A DNA stretch of 64,000 nt, from the IMG/VR virus record IMGVR_UViG_3300031963_000009, one strand, 5' to 3'. The notes below the pieces were generated by a model, which was not told the DNA's origin, ran no database searches, and saw only the letters and a list, made by a program, of their open reading frames with translations. The stretch is from a virus. This document shows positions 1 to 9,386 of this stretch, piece by piece. Positions within the stretch are counted from its first letter, which is position 1. Every line of letters begins with the position of its first letter. The position numbers and the translations under genes were made by a program.

Positions 1-1
1 T

Positions 2-223
2 TTAAATATTAAAAATTTACAAGCCGATCAAAGTCCAGAAAAAACATTTGTTTATAAGATAATAAACGATTATTATTCATTCCGTGCAGAAGAAATAAAA
101 GAATTGTGTGATCTTATAAATCAACATGATATTGAATTATCACTATCAGAAATGAACATTTTTAAAGAAATTGAATCTTGTTCGACAGTACACGAGCTAT
201 CTAAAATTAATTATGATCTCTGA
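2..223 (+). CDS. 3' end of a gene entering from the left edge (helical C-terminus, possibly DUF4376-like)
   Basis: Frame 2 is open from base 2 to TGA at 221-223 (...ELCDLINQHDIELSLSEMNIFKEIESCSTVHELSKINYDL*). The family guess is by resemblance only. Confidence 0.6.
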   Translation, partial: LNIKNLQADQSPEKTFVYKIINDYYSFRAEEIKELCDLINQHDIELSLSEMNIFKEIESCSTVHELSKINYDL

Positions 224-884
224 CTTTTTTTCATATAAAAATTCTTTAGATGATATCTATCAATTCCAAGTATTATCTAACGGATCAACTAGTGGATATT
301 GGTATTTAAATCCTAAAGAGACTGTAAGTTATTCAACAGAAGATAATATCTTTGGTCCTGAAGAAATAAGGGCAATTATCTTTATTTCAAAAAAACTAAA
401 AAAACAATATGGAACTGTTGGATCCGACGAAAAAGAAATTGTTATTAAGAAAATAAGAACATCTTCAATATGTTGGATGCCAATGAACTGCAATACAGAT
501 TGGATCTATAGAAGATTGACTGATTATGTCATTAATCACAACAAGACATATTTTGATTTTGATTTAACAAAAATAGAATCTTTACAATTTACAGAATATA
601 GAGGAGAAGAAACTGGACATTATTCCAAACATGTAGATCCAATGTTTTGGAATATACCAGAAGATCGAAAATTGAGTTTCGTAGTTCAACTATCCGATCC
701 TTCAACATATGAGGGAGGTGATTTATTATTATATTCTGGTATTTCTTCTGAACCAATAAAGATTGAAAAAAAGATAGGTAAAATAGTATTCTTTCCTTCC
801 AATGTTTTACACGAAGTAACTCCAGTAACTAAAGGAACTCGACATACTCTAGTGGGTTGGGTTCATGGTCCCAAATTGAGGTAA
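213..884 (+). CDS. 2OG-Fe(II) oxygenase (PKHD/prolyl-4-hydroxylase-like)
   Basis: HxD in HYSKHVD, YEGGDL, and distal His/Arg in HEVTPVTKGTRHTLVGW. The ATG at 213 overlaps the upstream stop; the ORF track start at 171 is less likely. Confidence 0.88.
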   Translation: MISDFFSYKNSLDDIYQFQVLSNGSTSGYWYLNPKETVSYSTEDNIFGPEEIRAIIFISKKLKKQYGTVGSDEKEIVIKKIRTSSICWMPMNCNTDWIYRRLTDYVINHNKTYFDFDLTKIESLQFTEYRGEETGHYSKHVDPMFWNIPEDRKLSFVVQLSDPSTYEGGDLLLYSGISSEPIKIEKKIGKIVFFPSNVLHEVTPVTKGTRHTLVGWVHGPKLR

Positions 885-890
885 TTTTCA

Positions 891-1469
891 ATGAGTTTTA
901 GTAAAAATGGTTATTATATTATAGAAAATTTTCTTAATCATGATTTTTTAAAATTTATAGAACAATATTTTTATACAAGAATTAAATCTGGATTCAATGT
1001 CACCTATGGTGATGATCAAGCTCCAGGTAGTTGTTCATTTTATGGTGACCCTCTGATAGATACCATATTAGAAAATTCTAAAGAACATCTTTCTAAAGTA
1101 ACAAATAAAATTTTGTTACCAACCTATAGTTACACAAGATTTTATGGTAAAGATGATGAACTTATAATTCATAGAGATAGGCCATCATGTGAAATATCCG
1201 CTACACTATCACTAGCAATTCCCAATGGAGAAGAAATATCTCCAATTTACTTTAGTGAAAATGAAGATAAAAGTAATGCTGCAGAGATATTACTAAAACC
1301 AGGAGATTTATGTCTTTATAGAGGATGTGATTTATATCACTGGAGAGAACCATTCACTCAAAGATGGTATTTACAATCTTTCTTACATTATGTCGATGCA
1401 GAAGGGCCACATGCAAAAAACATTTATGACGGTAGACCCTACTTAGGGTGTCCTCCCAAAAAAGACTAA
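891..1469 (+). CDS. Phage 2OG-Fe(II) oxygenase-like protein
   Basis: IHRDRPSCEISATL (HxD) and GCDLYHWREPF...FLHYV, typical of cyanophage 2OG oxygenases. Confidence 0.8.
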   Translation: MSFSKNGYYIIENFLNHDFLKFIEQYFYTRIKSGFNVTYGDDQAPGSCSFYGDPLIDTILENSKEHLSKVTNKILLPTYSYTRFYGKDDELIIHRDRPSCEISATLSLAIPNGEEISPIYFSENEDKSNAAEILLKPGDLCLYRGCDLYHWREPFTQRWYLQSFLHYVDAEGPHAKNIYDGRPYLGCPPKKD

Positions 1470-1501
1470 ATAAAGTGTCTGAGTTATTTTACCATTTAAA
1501 C

Positions 1502-1681
1502 ATGACCGAAGAAAAATCACAAAATATTGACGAAATGATTGCTGAGATCACCAAACAAATCGAAGATCTCAGAGAAGAACTGATTGAAACAGAAAGAACG
1601 TTCAATCTTAAAAAAGAACAGTTCATTAAACTTCAAGGAGCTCTAGAAGCTTTTGAAGTAGTAAAGACTAATAATCTTTGA
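1502..1681 (+). CDS. Small coiled-coil hypothetical protein
   Basis: MTEEKSQNIDEMIAEITKQIEDLREEL..., heptad pattern. Confidence 0.65.
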   Translation: MTEEKSQNIDEMIAEITKQIEDLREELIETERTFNLKKEQFIKLQGALEAFEVVKTNNL

Positions 1682-1695
1682 AACTGCACAGAGTT

Positions 1696-1757
1696 ATTAT
1701 AACCGCAATTGAAGGGGCTAGTCAACATTGACAATAGCCCCTTTTATTTTGTATAAT
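1696..1757. promoter_or_regulatory. Back-to-back sigma70-like promoters inside a terminator-like inverted repeat
   Basis: Plus strand: TTGACA(1728)-18-TATAAT(1752). Minus strand: TTGACT(1725-1720)-18-TATAAT(1701-1696). Flanking stem AAGGGGCTA/TAGCCCCTT followed by a T-run. Confidence 0.7.
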
Positions 1758-1767
1758 TATTGGATTT

Positions 1768-2046
1768 ATGGACGAAAAAAAATTACCAGAATTAATTGAT
1801 GAAAATCAATATCCAGACTTTTGGGAACAAATAAAATCTTTTCAAGAGTTTGCTAAAGATGTGGGTCAAGGTGCTGCGTCTGGAAATGGATTTTTAGCGT
1901 CTAAAGAATTACAAGAAAAAAGAATTGAAATTTGTAATGAATGTCCAGATTACAACAAAGATCAAAAAAGATGTTACAAATGTGGATGTTTTATGGAACA
2001 TAAGATAAAATTTGCAAATGTAAAATGTCCAGCATCTAAGTGGTAA
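1768..2046 (+). CDS. Cys-rich putative zinc-binding protein (DUF6171-like)
   Basis: ICNEC...RCYKCGCFM...KCPASKW pattern. Confidence 0.7.
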   Translation: MDEKKLPELIDENQYPDFWEQIKSFQEFAKDVGQGAASGNGFLASKELQEKRIEICNECPDYNKDQKRCYKCGCFMEHKIKFANVKCPASKW

Positions 2047-2047
2047 C

Positions 2048-3679
2048 ATGTGTGGTTTTGGTCTGGTATTATGTAAAAGAGATAAAATTGACTATGAGTT
2101 GATTCGTATTGCAGAAGATGATCTAGGTCTTCGTGGCCCATCTTCTGCGACTCACTATTTGAGTGAACAGGTTTATATGTATCAGTCAGTTCTTGCGATA
2201 CAAACTGAACCTAAACATGAAAAGTCAATTGCAAATCTACCAATAAATTACAAAGTTACGTTGTATAACGGTGAGATTTATGATGAGACAAAATACTCCA
2301 ATGACACAGATTACATTAAAAAAGAAGAGTTAGAAAAAATTCTACTCAACTGCGACGGAATGTTTTCTGTTGCGAATGTGGAAAAACATGGATCGTATTT
2401 CAACGTTGATGTTTATAGAGATGTGATTGGTGAAAAGAGGTGTTTTTACTACGATTCTCCTAGACTGTTTATCATATCCTCAACTCCATCTTTTATTAAG
2501 GATGTGTTGGAAAAATATGGAGTTCCAATTAGAGTTAATAAAGTTGCTTTAAAAGATTACTTTTTAACAAGACATTACATCTCAAATTCCACTTCAATTG
2601 AAGGAATTTATCAAGTACCGCCAGGCCATAAATTAACTTACAATAAACATTTAACTGTAGAAAGAGTTTGGTCTGGAAGAGATTATTTAAACACCGATCT
2701 AATATTTGAACTCAAGAATAAAAGTCAGCATGATTACACATTACAGGTAAATGAGTTATTGTTAAAAACTTTGCAAAAGATGCAAAAGTCTGTCCTTCCA
2801 CATGTAAAGGTGTATTCAGTAGTTTCTGGTGGTGTCGATTCTTCTATTGTTACTCATTTTTTAGAACAGGCTGGAGTGAATGTTGAACGTGCAATTACTC
2901 TGACATTTAACCAAAAGGATCCTGTAGCTTTATCATCAAATAGACTATTCAAGAATCTTTCGTCTTTACAACTACAGAGAAACATTGATATTGATGAGTA
3001 TTATGAATCTTACTTGGAATGTTTAAAGTTATGTTGTTCTCCGATTCCATCCCATGATTTCGCTTCTGCAAATATCATGTTTAGTATGGTCGAACCTGGA
3101 TCAATACTTTATGGAGGAGAAGGTGCGGATGAATTGTTTTTGGGATACAAATATTACGAAAGTTCAAATAAATCCCAATATACACTACCGATCAGAAATA
3201 ATTTTATTCTCTCATTTGAGAAAGAAATTGAAGAGGATTTTAATTATGTGAAAGACTTTTTTAAAAATCATGGATTTTCAGAAAGAGATTCTTCTATCAA
3301 AGCTTGTTCTTATGTAGATTTCTTTCATCAGATGCCTAATGCAACATTAATGTCAACAGATCTTATTGGATCAAGTCATGGTATTGAGTGTAGGACTCCC
3401 TTTACTCGTAAAGATATAGTAACTTTTGCTTTAAATTCTCCAGTTTCTTTACTTCTTGGTAAATCATCTTTAGTTAAACTATTTGAAACTTGCTTTAACA
3501 CAGTTCCGTTTGAAAAACGAGGTTTCTGTGGACATCCTAACGAGATGTTAAGGTACTTGCCTAACGGGCTCTGCAAGTCTTATAGTACTTTTGGTACGGA
3601 TAGGTTTGAATCCTCTGACAGAGATATTGCATGGAAGTATATCAATACTGAATTTTTCTTAAATAATGTAGCTGGATAA
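2048..3679 (+). CDS. asnB: Asparagine synthase (glutamine-hydrolysing)-like amidotransferase
   Basis: N-terminal MCGF (Ntn Cys2), RGP, NGEIY, PP-loop SGGVDSS, GEGADELFLGY, ECRTPF. Confidence 0.88.
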   Translation: MCGFGLVLCKRDKIDYELIRIAEDDLGLRGPSSATHYLSEQVYMYQSVLAIQTEPKHEKSIANLPINYKVTLYNGEIYDETKYSNDTDYIKKEELEKILLNCDGMFSVANVEKHGSYFNVDVYRDVIGEKRCFYYDSPRLFIISSTPSFIKDVLEKYGVPIRVNKVALKDYFLTRHYISNSTSIEGIYQVPPGHKLTYNKHLTVERVWSGRDYLNTDLIFELKNKSQHDYTLQVNELLLKTLQKMQKSVLPHVKVYSVVSGGVDSSIVTHFLEQAGVNVERAITLTFNQKDPVALSSNRLFKNLSSLQLQRNIDIDEYYESYLECLKLCCSPIPSHDFASANIMFSMVEPGSILYGGEGADELFLGYKYYESSNKSQYTLPIRNNFILSFEKEIEEDFNYVKDFFKNHGFSERDSSIKACSYVDFFHQMPNATLMSTDLIGSSHGIECRTPFTRKDIVTFALNSPVSLLLGKSSLVKLFETCFNTVPFEKRGFCGHPNEMLRYLPNGLCKSYSTFGTDRFESSDRDIAWKYINTEFFLNNVAG

Positions 3680-3684
3680 GTAAC

Positions 3685-4086
3685 ATGGGGATGTTTGACT
3701 ATTTCAGATCATCATACGATCTTGGTAAAGAATTTACGAATGTAGTATGTCAAACCAAGGATATTGAAGATGGTTATGGTGGCACAATGACCGATTACTG
3801 GTTAGATCCCTCGGGAAAGTTGTGGTATCCAAGTTATAGTGGTTGTTATACGATGGAAATCTTTGAAGAAGATCATCCAAAGTATGATCCAAAACGTAAA
3901 TGGATGAACTTTGAATGGGTTCGCACTGGCAGTCGTGGTAAAGTAATTCTGTGTTATATTACCAAATATATTGAAGTGTATCCAGAAAATTGGAAAGGTG
4001 AGTGGGAAGACTGGCCAAGAATGAGATTACACTTTAAGTATGGAATCATACAAGATTTCGAAAATGTCACAGGGAAATACAAATGA
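3685..4086 (+). CDS. Hypothetical phage protein
   Basis: 133-aa ORF MGMFDYFRSSYDLG..., coupled to the next gene by an ATGA overlap. Confidence 0.75.
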   Translation: MGMFDYFRSSYDLGKEFTNVVCQTKDIEDGYGGTMTDYWLDPSGKLWYPSYSGCYTMEIFEEDHPKYDPKRKWMNFEWVRTGSRGKVILCYITKYIEVYPENWKGEWEDWPRMRLHFKYGIIQDFENVTGKYK

Positions 4087-4463
4087 AATACCTACTTTTC
4101 TTACTACTACTTACTCCAACGCAAGTGTATTCACAACAAGTAAACGATTATCAAACTTGTACAAAGTATCGTGAAGTTTACACTCCTGGTTACTATGATA
4201 GATATGGTAATTATGTACAAGGAAATGTTTCTACTCAGTCATACCAAGTCCCTTGCGGAAATGGACCCGTCAATTATCAGCCACGTAGAGTTGATAATTA
4301 TGGGAACAATTATTATCGCCGCGGTTACTGTAATCCTACTCAGGCGACCCTAGGCGCACTTCTAGGGGGTGGTGTGGGTGCTGCACTATCTAGAGGTGAT
4401 GGACGTTGGTGGGCGATCCCTGTAGGCGCTGCCGTAGGTGGTACAATTTTTGGATGTAACTAA
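4083..4463 (+). CDS. Secreted/membrane glycine-zipper protein
   Basis: Signal-peptide-like N-terminus; C-terminal GALLGGGVGAAL...GAAVGGTIFG glycine zipper. Confidence 0.75.
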   Translation: MKYLLFLLLLTPTQVYSQQVNDYQTCTKYREVYTPGYYDRYGNYVQGNVSTQSYQVPCGNGPVNYQPRRVDNYGNNYYRRGYCNPTQATLGALLGGGVGAALSRGDGRWWAIPVGAAVGGTIFGCN

Positions 4464-4465
4464 AA

Positions 4466-4738
4466 ATGAATTTAATTAATTTTAAACACCGTGAAGACTT
4501 TGGACACGAATGGTATGTTCAGGTTCTAAATGCAAAAGGTTGGAGTTTGCTTCAAGCATCTGTAAGTTGGAATGATTATCCTGGATGGCCTTACATCAAG
4601 ATTAGTTCTGGAACTGGTTCTACTTTGAGTATTATGTTCTGGGCATATAAGTTTGGTTTTGATATTGGTATTATTGAACGCACTTGGAAGTGGGATTACT
4701 TAGAGGAACTAGATGAAAACGAAACTGAACTGGATTGA
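4466..4738 (+). CDS. Hypothetical protein
   Basis: 90-aa ORF in a tightly packed + strand run. Confidence 0.7.
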   Translation: MNLINFKHREDFGHEWYVQVLNAKGWSLLQASVSWNDYPGWPYIKISSGTGSTLSIMFWAYKFGFDIGIIERTWKWDYLEELDENETELD

Positions 4739-5051
4739 GTATTATTTCGGTCACTGCTTCCAGACTGGTTGGAGGGAGATGTGGAACAACTTCAAGATGT
4801 GGAGAGACCTCATTAGTGGAAATTATAAAGACTATGCCCTACTTTCAACTGATGACCCTTATGAAGAATGTTATCAATGGTTCTGGTGTAGTATCAATAT
4901 GGATGAAACTTATCCCAAAGAGTTTTTAGAATACTTGATGGAAATGTGTGATCGTATTGATCGTGGAGAAGAGAAATTGATTCCGTTGACTGAAGATTTT
5001 ATGGATGATTTGAAAAAAATGTTAGAAGAATCTAATGAAGAGGACACTTGA
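4713..5051 (+). CDS. Hypothetical protein
   Basis: 112-aa ORF; its stop lies inside the early element at 5042. Confidence 0.7.
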   Translation: MKTKLNWIEYYFGHCFQTGWREMWNNFKMWRDLISGNYKDYALLSTDDPYEECYQWFWCSINMDETYPKEFLEYLMEMCDRIDRGEEKLIPLTEDFMDDLKKMLEESNEEDT

Positions 5052-5098
5052 GGAACTGTCCATCGACCCTTGACTTTTACAACCAGAATCTTTATAGT
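5042..5098 (+). promoter_or_regulatory. Early element copy 1 (palindrome plus host-like promoter)
   Basis: GGACA-cttgaggaac-TGTCC, then TTGACT(5070)-17-TATAGT(5093); 50 bp from GAC to the -10. Confidence 0.8.
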
Positions 5099-5120
5099 AT
5101 GAATATACAAATCTAGATCA

Positions 5121-5678
5121 ATGACTTACAAAGCAACACTGAAAGTTCACTTTGATACTGAATGGACTCCTAGTTATGGTGGGTCTGGAATCTATGATGA
5201 TGAAACTCTTCCAGAGGAACATTATACCTTTGAGATTCCTTGTCATGACATCAATACCATTCAACTGTTCCGTTTCTTTGGAAATATTGCCCGAACAATG
5301 GGGCACTGTGAACAAGGTATTATGAAAGGAGCTTGTTCACTTGCATTTAATGATATGCGTGGTGAAGAAGAAATGCGTAAGGTTGCTGAAGAGTTTGATA
5401 TGAAACTTGCAGAAGATTATGCAAAAGAGTTTCGTAAGTTGGAAGATGAAATTTATGATCTGAAAGCTAAACTTTCTCGTCTCGAACAACCTGAGAATTC
5501 TCAATATACTGATGAAGAAATGGCAGCCATTACTCATCAGGAATGGAAAGGTCTTGTTCCTGGTAGCAATTCTGCTGTGATGAAGGGATGTAAGTGTCCT
5601 GTAATGGATAACGAAGAGATGCCTGAAGATCGTAAATGGGTAAATGGCGACTGCCCTCTACATGGTAAACAAAAATGA
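5121..5678 (+). CDS. Hypothetical multidomain protein with a C-terminal CxC...CxxH motif
   Basis: Directly downstream of the promoter; central coiled coil; GCKCPVMDN...DCPLHG. Confidence 0.75.
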   Translation: MTYKATLKVHFDTEWTPSYGGSGIYDDETLPEEHYTFEIPCHDINTIQLFRFFGNIARTMGHCEQGIMKGACSLAFNDMRGEEEMRKVAEEFDMKLAEDYAKEFRKLEDEIYDLKAKLSRLEQPENSQYTDEEMAAITHQEWKGLVPGSNSAVMKGCKCPVMDNEEMPEDRKWVNGDCPLHGKQK

Positions 5679-5860
5679 AACCTAACTTTCGTAAAGTCCT
5701 TAGTATGGCCCTTGAAGAAGGTGTCAGGTATGGATACAATCGTGCCCACAAACATGTAGAGAATCCACACGAAGATGCAGTGGTTGATCTAGTGGTTGAG
5801 GGTGCAATGAACTCTATCTACGAATGGTTTGAATTTGAGGAGAATCATGTCTCTGATTGA
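5675..5860 (+). CDS. Hypothetical protein
   Basis: MKPNFRKVLSMALEEGVRYGYNRAHKH; ATGA overlap. Confidence 0.7.
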   Translation: MKPNFRKVLSMALEEGVRYGYNRAHKHVENPHEDAVVDLVVEGAMNSIYEWFEFEENHVSD

Positions 5861-6194
5861 CACAATTAATCATTTCATTCAAGACCAAGAAGGACATCTT
5901 CAGTGTCTTGAATGGGATATTCGTGAAGAAACTAATCAAGAAGAACCACAACTTGATTGGTATTGTGAAGAGTATGACCTGTGTAAAGAACGCATAGAAC
6001 ATCTACAACAAATCAAATCTGAACTTGCTCGTCTTCAACGCTATGATGATGAACTTTCATCTGTAATGCCTGAGGACTACAAAGATTGGTGGCAGAACTC
6101 TAAGGAAGAGTGGCCTGAGGTTGCTAAAGGTTCTATTGAGAATCTACGTGAACGTGAAGAACTTGCTTGGAAACAACTGGAGGCACAACAATGA
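5847..6194 (+). CDS. Hypothetical protein; N-terminal half is a paralogue of 10702
   Basis: LEWDIREETN vs LSWEIREETN; GGAG upstream of the ATG at 5847. Confidence 0.7.
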   Translation: MSLIDTINHFIQDQEGHLQCLEWDIREETNQEEPQLDWYCEEYDLCKERIEHLQQIKSELARLQRYDDELSSVMPEDYKDWWQNSKEEWPEVAKGSIENLREREELAWKQLEAQQ

Positions 6195-6541
6195 GCGGCG
6201 GACACTTTAATGATTGTGGTTACGATTACTACAAGGTAGCACAGTTTGCTGATGAGTTGGAAGTAGAAATCCAAAACAACAACAAAAAACTGGATGAATA
6301 TGAGTATGCTCCCAATTTTTCACCAGAAACTATCAAGTATTTGAGGAAGCAACTTCGTCAGATGCGTAAGGTAGCAGAGATCATGAGGCATATTGATTAT
6401 CTGTATTCTGGTGATCATGGTGAAGATAGTTTTATGCATCGTGTAAAAGAAGTAGAGAAACACTGGGAGGAGATTGAAGAGATAGTTACACGCATGGATA
6501 ATCATCCAGATGGATGGAATGAAACTGGAGACGGTGTGTGA
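6191..6541 (+). CDS. Hypothetical protein
   Basis: MSGGHFNDCGYDYY...IDYLYSGDHGEDSF; GGAGG SD and ATGA overlap. Confidence 0.72.
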   Translation: MSGGHFNDCGYDYYKVAQFADELEVEIQNNNKKLDEYEYAPNFSPETIKYLRKQLRQMRKVAEIMRHIDYLYSGDHGEDSFMHRVKEVEKHWEEIEEIVTRMDNHPDGWNETGDGV

Positions 6542-6656
6542 AACTTCCATATGTGCTAAAATCGTGGTATTATCACATCACAGGATACTGGGAGAAGAAA
6601 CTACCACATCTGCCTGGTGCTAATTCTAAACAATTTTGGAACATTATTAACGGTAA

Positions 6657-6848
6657 TTGATTATGGTTGAGAAAGTAAAGTTTGTAACGGTCACTCGTGT
6701 GATTGATGACCGCAAAGGTATTCATTACCTGGATGCTATTGATGAGAATGGTATCCACTGGACTGCTGAATTGGATAACAAACAAGAGAAATGGTTAGTA
6801 TATACTAAACTATGGACTAGAGATCCTCAACATCCTTACGATTTATGA
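6657..6848 (+). CDS. Hypothetical protein
   Basis: 63-aa ORF coupled to the next gene. Confidence 0.6.
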   Translation: MIMVEKVKFVTVTRVIDDRKGIHYLDAIDENGIHWTAELDNKQEKWLVYTKLWTRDPQHPYDL

Positions 6849-7063
6849 AAAACTATCGTATCAAAAAAGTAACAGACGGACACTCAACCAGATATTATCC
6901 ACAACACAAAAGATATGGATTGTTTTGGTATAATCTATTTGTAGATGAATATAGGGATGGTGATTATTCTACATTTGAAGAAGCACAGTGGCACCTTTGC
7001 AACTATTTGAGAGAACCTGTGATAGAATATTTGTCCTTTGATTGTGATTGTGGAGAAAACTAA
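6845..7063 (+). CDS. Hypothetical protein (paralogue of 7382)
   Basis: YRI...YYPQ...F.EAQ...EPVIEY pattern shared with 7382-7585. Confidence 0.65.
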   Translation: MKNYRIKKVTDGHSTRYYPQHKRYGLFWYNLFVDEYRDGDYSTFEEAQWHLCNYLREPVIEYLSFDCDCGEN

Positions 7064-7163
7064 TGACTGAATGTGTGTCTGACCCAAAAACTTGGATTGA
7101 TGTGGCTCAACTAGCAGTTTTTATGGTTCCTGTCTCCATTTTTCTTTGGAGAGTATCACAATA

Positions 7164-7382
7164 ATGACCGACCTAAAACTCTGTAAGGATTGTAAGCACT
7201 ACAAGAAAGATTGGTTTGAGCATCTTACTGGTGGTGGAGACCGATTTGATATGTGCCTCAATCCAGTAGTGAGTGGCAATCTGGTGACTGGAAAAGTCAA
7301 AGGTGGTCGTTTTTGTGATATGATGAGATTGCCTTATGGTAGATGTGGTAATGAAGGTAAGTATTGGGAGGCACGGAAATAA
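7164..7382 (+). CDS. Small Cys-rich hypothetical protein
   Basis: CKDCKH...C...FCDMMR...CGNEGKYWE. Confidence 0.65.
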   Translation: MTDLKLCKDCKHYKKDWFEHLTGGGDRFDMCLNPVVSGNLVTGKVKGGRFCDMMRLPYGRCGNEGKYWEARK

Positions 7383-7585
7383 TGAAAGTTTATGATTACC
7401 GAATTGTAGAAGACCTCAATTTAAAAACTTTGAAACCTTATTTTTTCATTCAGTATTATCATCTTGCTGAAAAAAAATATATTCTTCACTCAGATGCTAC
7501 ATTCCAAACACTTCAAGAAGCACAAGAAGCAATACGACTACTGAGAAAATACAACGAACCTGTGTATCATTATGTTGAGGATTGA
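7382..7585 (+). CDS. Hypothetical protein
   Basis: TAATG overlap; GGAGG SD. Confidence 0.65.
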   Translation: MKVYDYRIVEDLNLKTLKPYFFIQYYHLAEKKYILHSDATFQTLQEAQEAIRLLRKYNEPVYHYVED

Positions 7586-7586
7586 A

Positions 7587-7760
7587 ATGATTGAAACTAA
7601 ACCAATTACGAACAGAAGACCAACAAAAGAAGATGCTAATGGATTTGGGTTAGTTCAGTATTATCGTAATGATTTTGGTGTATGGGGATATGATTACTGG
7701 TATAATGTAAGAACCGATGGTTGGGCACACACATCAAATTGGAGACCTCAAAATGATTGA
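7587..7760 (+). CDS. Hypothetical protein
   Basis: MIETKPITNRRPTKEDANGFGLVQY; GAGG SD. Confidence 0.6.
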   Translation: MIETKPITNRRPTKEDANGFGLVQYYRNDFGVWGYDYWYNVRTDGWAHTSNWRPQND

Positions 7761-7923
7761 AATTACCAAAAACTACAAACTCACACTCACAGAAGACCAA
7801 GCACGACAACTCCATTCTATGCTAAAAGCTAATAAGGAACTATTGGATATTGGGTCTGGGTATGACGAACTGCGACCACTTTATCGGGAACTAAAAGAAC
7901 TCTTTGATAATGGGATACGATGA
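7753..7923 (+). CDS. Hypothetical protein
   Basis: MIEITKNYKLTLTEDQARQL. Confidence 0.6.
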   Translation: MIEITKNYKLTLTEDQARQLHSMLKANKELLDIGSGYDELRPLYRELKELFDNGIR

Positions 7924-8096
7924 TTGAACCAACAGATACAGAAATCCTTGAGTTTCTACTCAATCAGTTCAAACCACATTCTCTTAAAATGAATGGTGAG
8001 AGTGATTGGGTGTTTATTAATAGTGGATTTCCTATGAATAGAGCAAAAGGTAAAAGTGCCCGTGATGCTGTGATTGCTGCTATGGAGGCAAAATGA
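7920..8096 (+). CDS. Hypothetical protein (58 aa, not in the ORF track)
   Basis: MIEPTDTEILEFLLNQF...AMEAK*; ATGA overlaps on both sides. Confidence 0.6.
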   Translation: MIEPTDTEILEFLLNQFKPHSLKMNGESDWVFINSGFPMNRAKGKSARDAVIAAMEAK

Positions 8097-8680
8097 CTGA
8101 AAGACTAAATCATAATCTTAATGTAGATACAATCAAAACAATTAAAGATGTGAAGAATATCTTTGATACTATGGAATTGGTTGCTTCTATGGATAAAGAT
8201 AATCCAAAATATGAAGTCGCAAAGGAATACTTTACAATTCCTTATGTTCCACCTGAACTTAAATTACCAACACCACGCAAGAGTATTGAAGAAATCCAAC
8301 AAGAACTGGATGAGAAGATTGATGCTCTCATAAAGGCAACAAAAGAAAAGTTTGATTGTTCCCAATATTTTGCTGGAAAAAGATATAACGAAAAGTTTGA
8401 TAGGATTATTCAGGACTTTGAGTATGCGAAGGAACACGGAAGCTTTCCACAAAAACTTACTCTTGGTTACTCCAAGTTTGATTACTCCAATTTTGTTGTG
8501 ACTGGTAGTTCTGTGGAATCCTCTTTTGTAATCAAACAGGGGAAAACCCACGAAGGTTATTATACGAATGGAAACCGTAGATATTTGAAGTATTATATGC
8601 CTGATAAACCGAATATGATTGTTCGTTTCTTTATGAAAACTTGTTTGGGCTTTGTGTGGGTTGATGAGAAGGACACTTGA
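8093..8680 (+). CDS. Hypothetical protein
   Basis: 195 aa; GGAGG SD; its stop lies inside early element 2. Confidence 0.75.
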   Translation: MTERLNHNLNVDTIKTIKDVKNIFDTMELVASMDKDNPKYEVAKEYFTIPYVPPELKLPTPRKSIEEIQQELDEKIDALIKATKEKFDCSQYFAGKRYNEKFDRIIQDFEYAKEHGSFPQKLTLGYSKFDYSNFVVTGSSVESSFVIKQGKTHEGYYTNGNRRYLKYYMPDKPNMIVRFFMKTCLGFVWVDEKDT

Positions 8681-8736
8681 AGAACTGGCACAGGGAGACC
8701 CCACAAGGTCTCCTATTGGTCTATAATACTCTCATA
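8671..8736 (+). promoter_or_regulatory. Early element copy 2
   Basis: GGACACTTGAAGAACTGGCACAGGGA, internal hairpin GGAGACC..GGTCTCC, TATAAT at 8722. Confidence 0.85.
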
Positions 8737-8749
8737 AGCAACCAAACCG

Positions 8750-9079
8750 ATGATTGACCTCTCTCAACTGAATGTAGAACAACTCAAAGAACTTGAACTT
8801 CAAATTCAGAAACATAAGGAACAACAGAAGACAAAGGATGCTCTGGAAAATCTACAAGGTTATAAAGTAACTTTTTATATTAGGTTTGACCCTGAAAAGC
8901 ATAAGGATCACGATATGCTTACAAATAAAGGGAAACTTGACCCGAACATTTTTGCTGATTATCTGTGTGATAATCTTGTTACAGACCTGATTAGGGATTT
9001 TGAATTGTATGGTTATGAGGATGTGAGTTATCCTAATGTGGAAGTAGCAACAAAACAAGAAATTGAAGAGAAGTTTTGA
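8750..9079 (+). CDS. Hypothetical protein
   Basis: A single gene flanked by elements 2 and 3. Confidence 0.75.
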   Translation: MIDLSQLNVEQLKELELQIQKHKEQQKTKDALENLQGYKVTFYIRFDPEKHKDHDMLTNKGKLDPNIFADYLCDNLVTDLIRDFELYGYEDVSYPNVEVATKQEIEEKF

Positions 9080-9145
9080 GGACACTTGAAGAACTGGCAC
9101 AGGGACACTCCAAAGCCCCCTGTGATGCCTTATAATACTCTCATA
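9080..9145 (+). promoter_or_regulatory. Early element copy 3
   Basis: First 26 bp identical to copy 2; TATAATACTCTCATA at 9131 is also shared. Confidence 0.85.
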
Positions 9146-9160
9146 CACAAAGGAACTCCA

Positions 9161-9382
9161 ATGACTATTGAAATCACCAACCAAGTTCGTATTCAACAAT
9201 ACGAAGATTTTTGGTATACAGTAGAAGACACTCACCTTGATGTGGGATGTGATGGTTGCACCATTTCTTATTGGGTATATGATGTTGAGAAAGGTGATAA
9301 ACGAGTACAACACATTTGTATGAATGAAGAACAAGCACTTGCTATTGCTGATGCCATCTACAAACTCTTCAAGAAGGACTGA
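9161..9382 (+). CDS. Hypothetical protein
   Basis: MTIEITNQVRI..., AAGGA SD. The ORF-track extension from 9086 runs through the promoter element. Confidence 0.7.
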   Translation: MTIEITNQVRIQQYEDFWYTVEDTHLDVGCDGCTISYWVYDVEKGDKRVQHICMNEEQALAIADAIYKLFKKD

Positions 9383-9386
9383 GATG

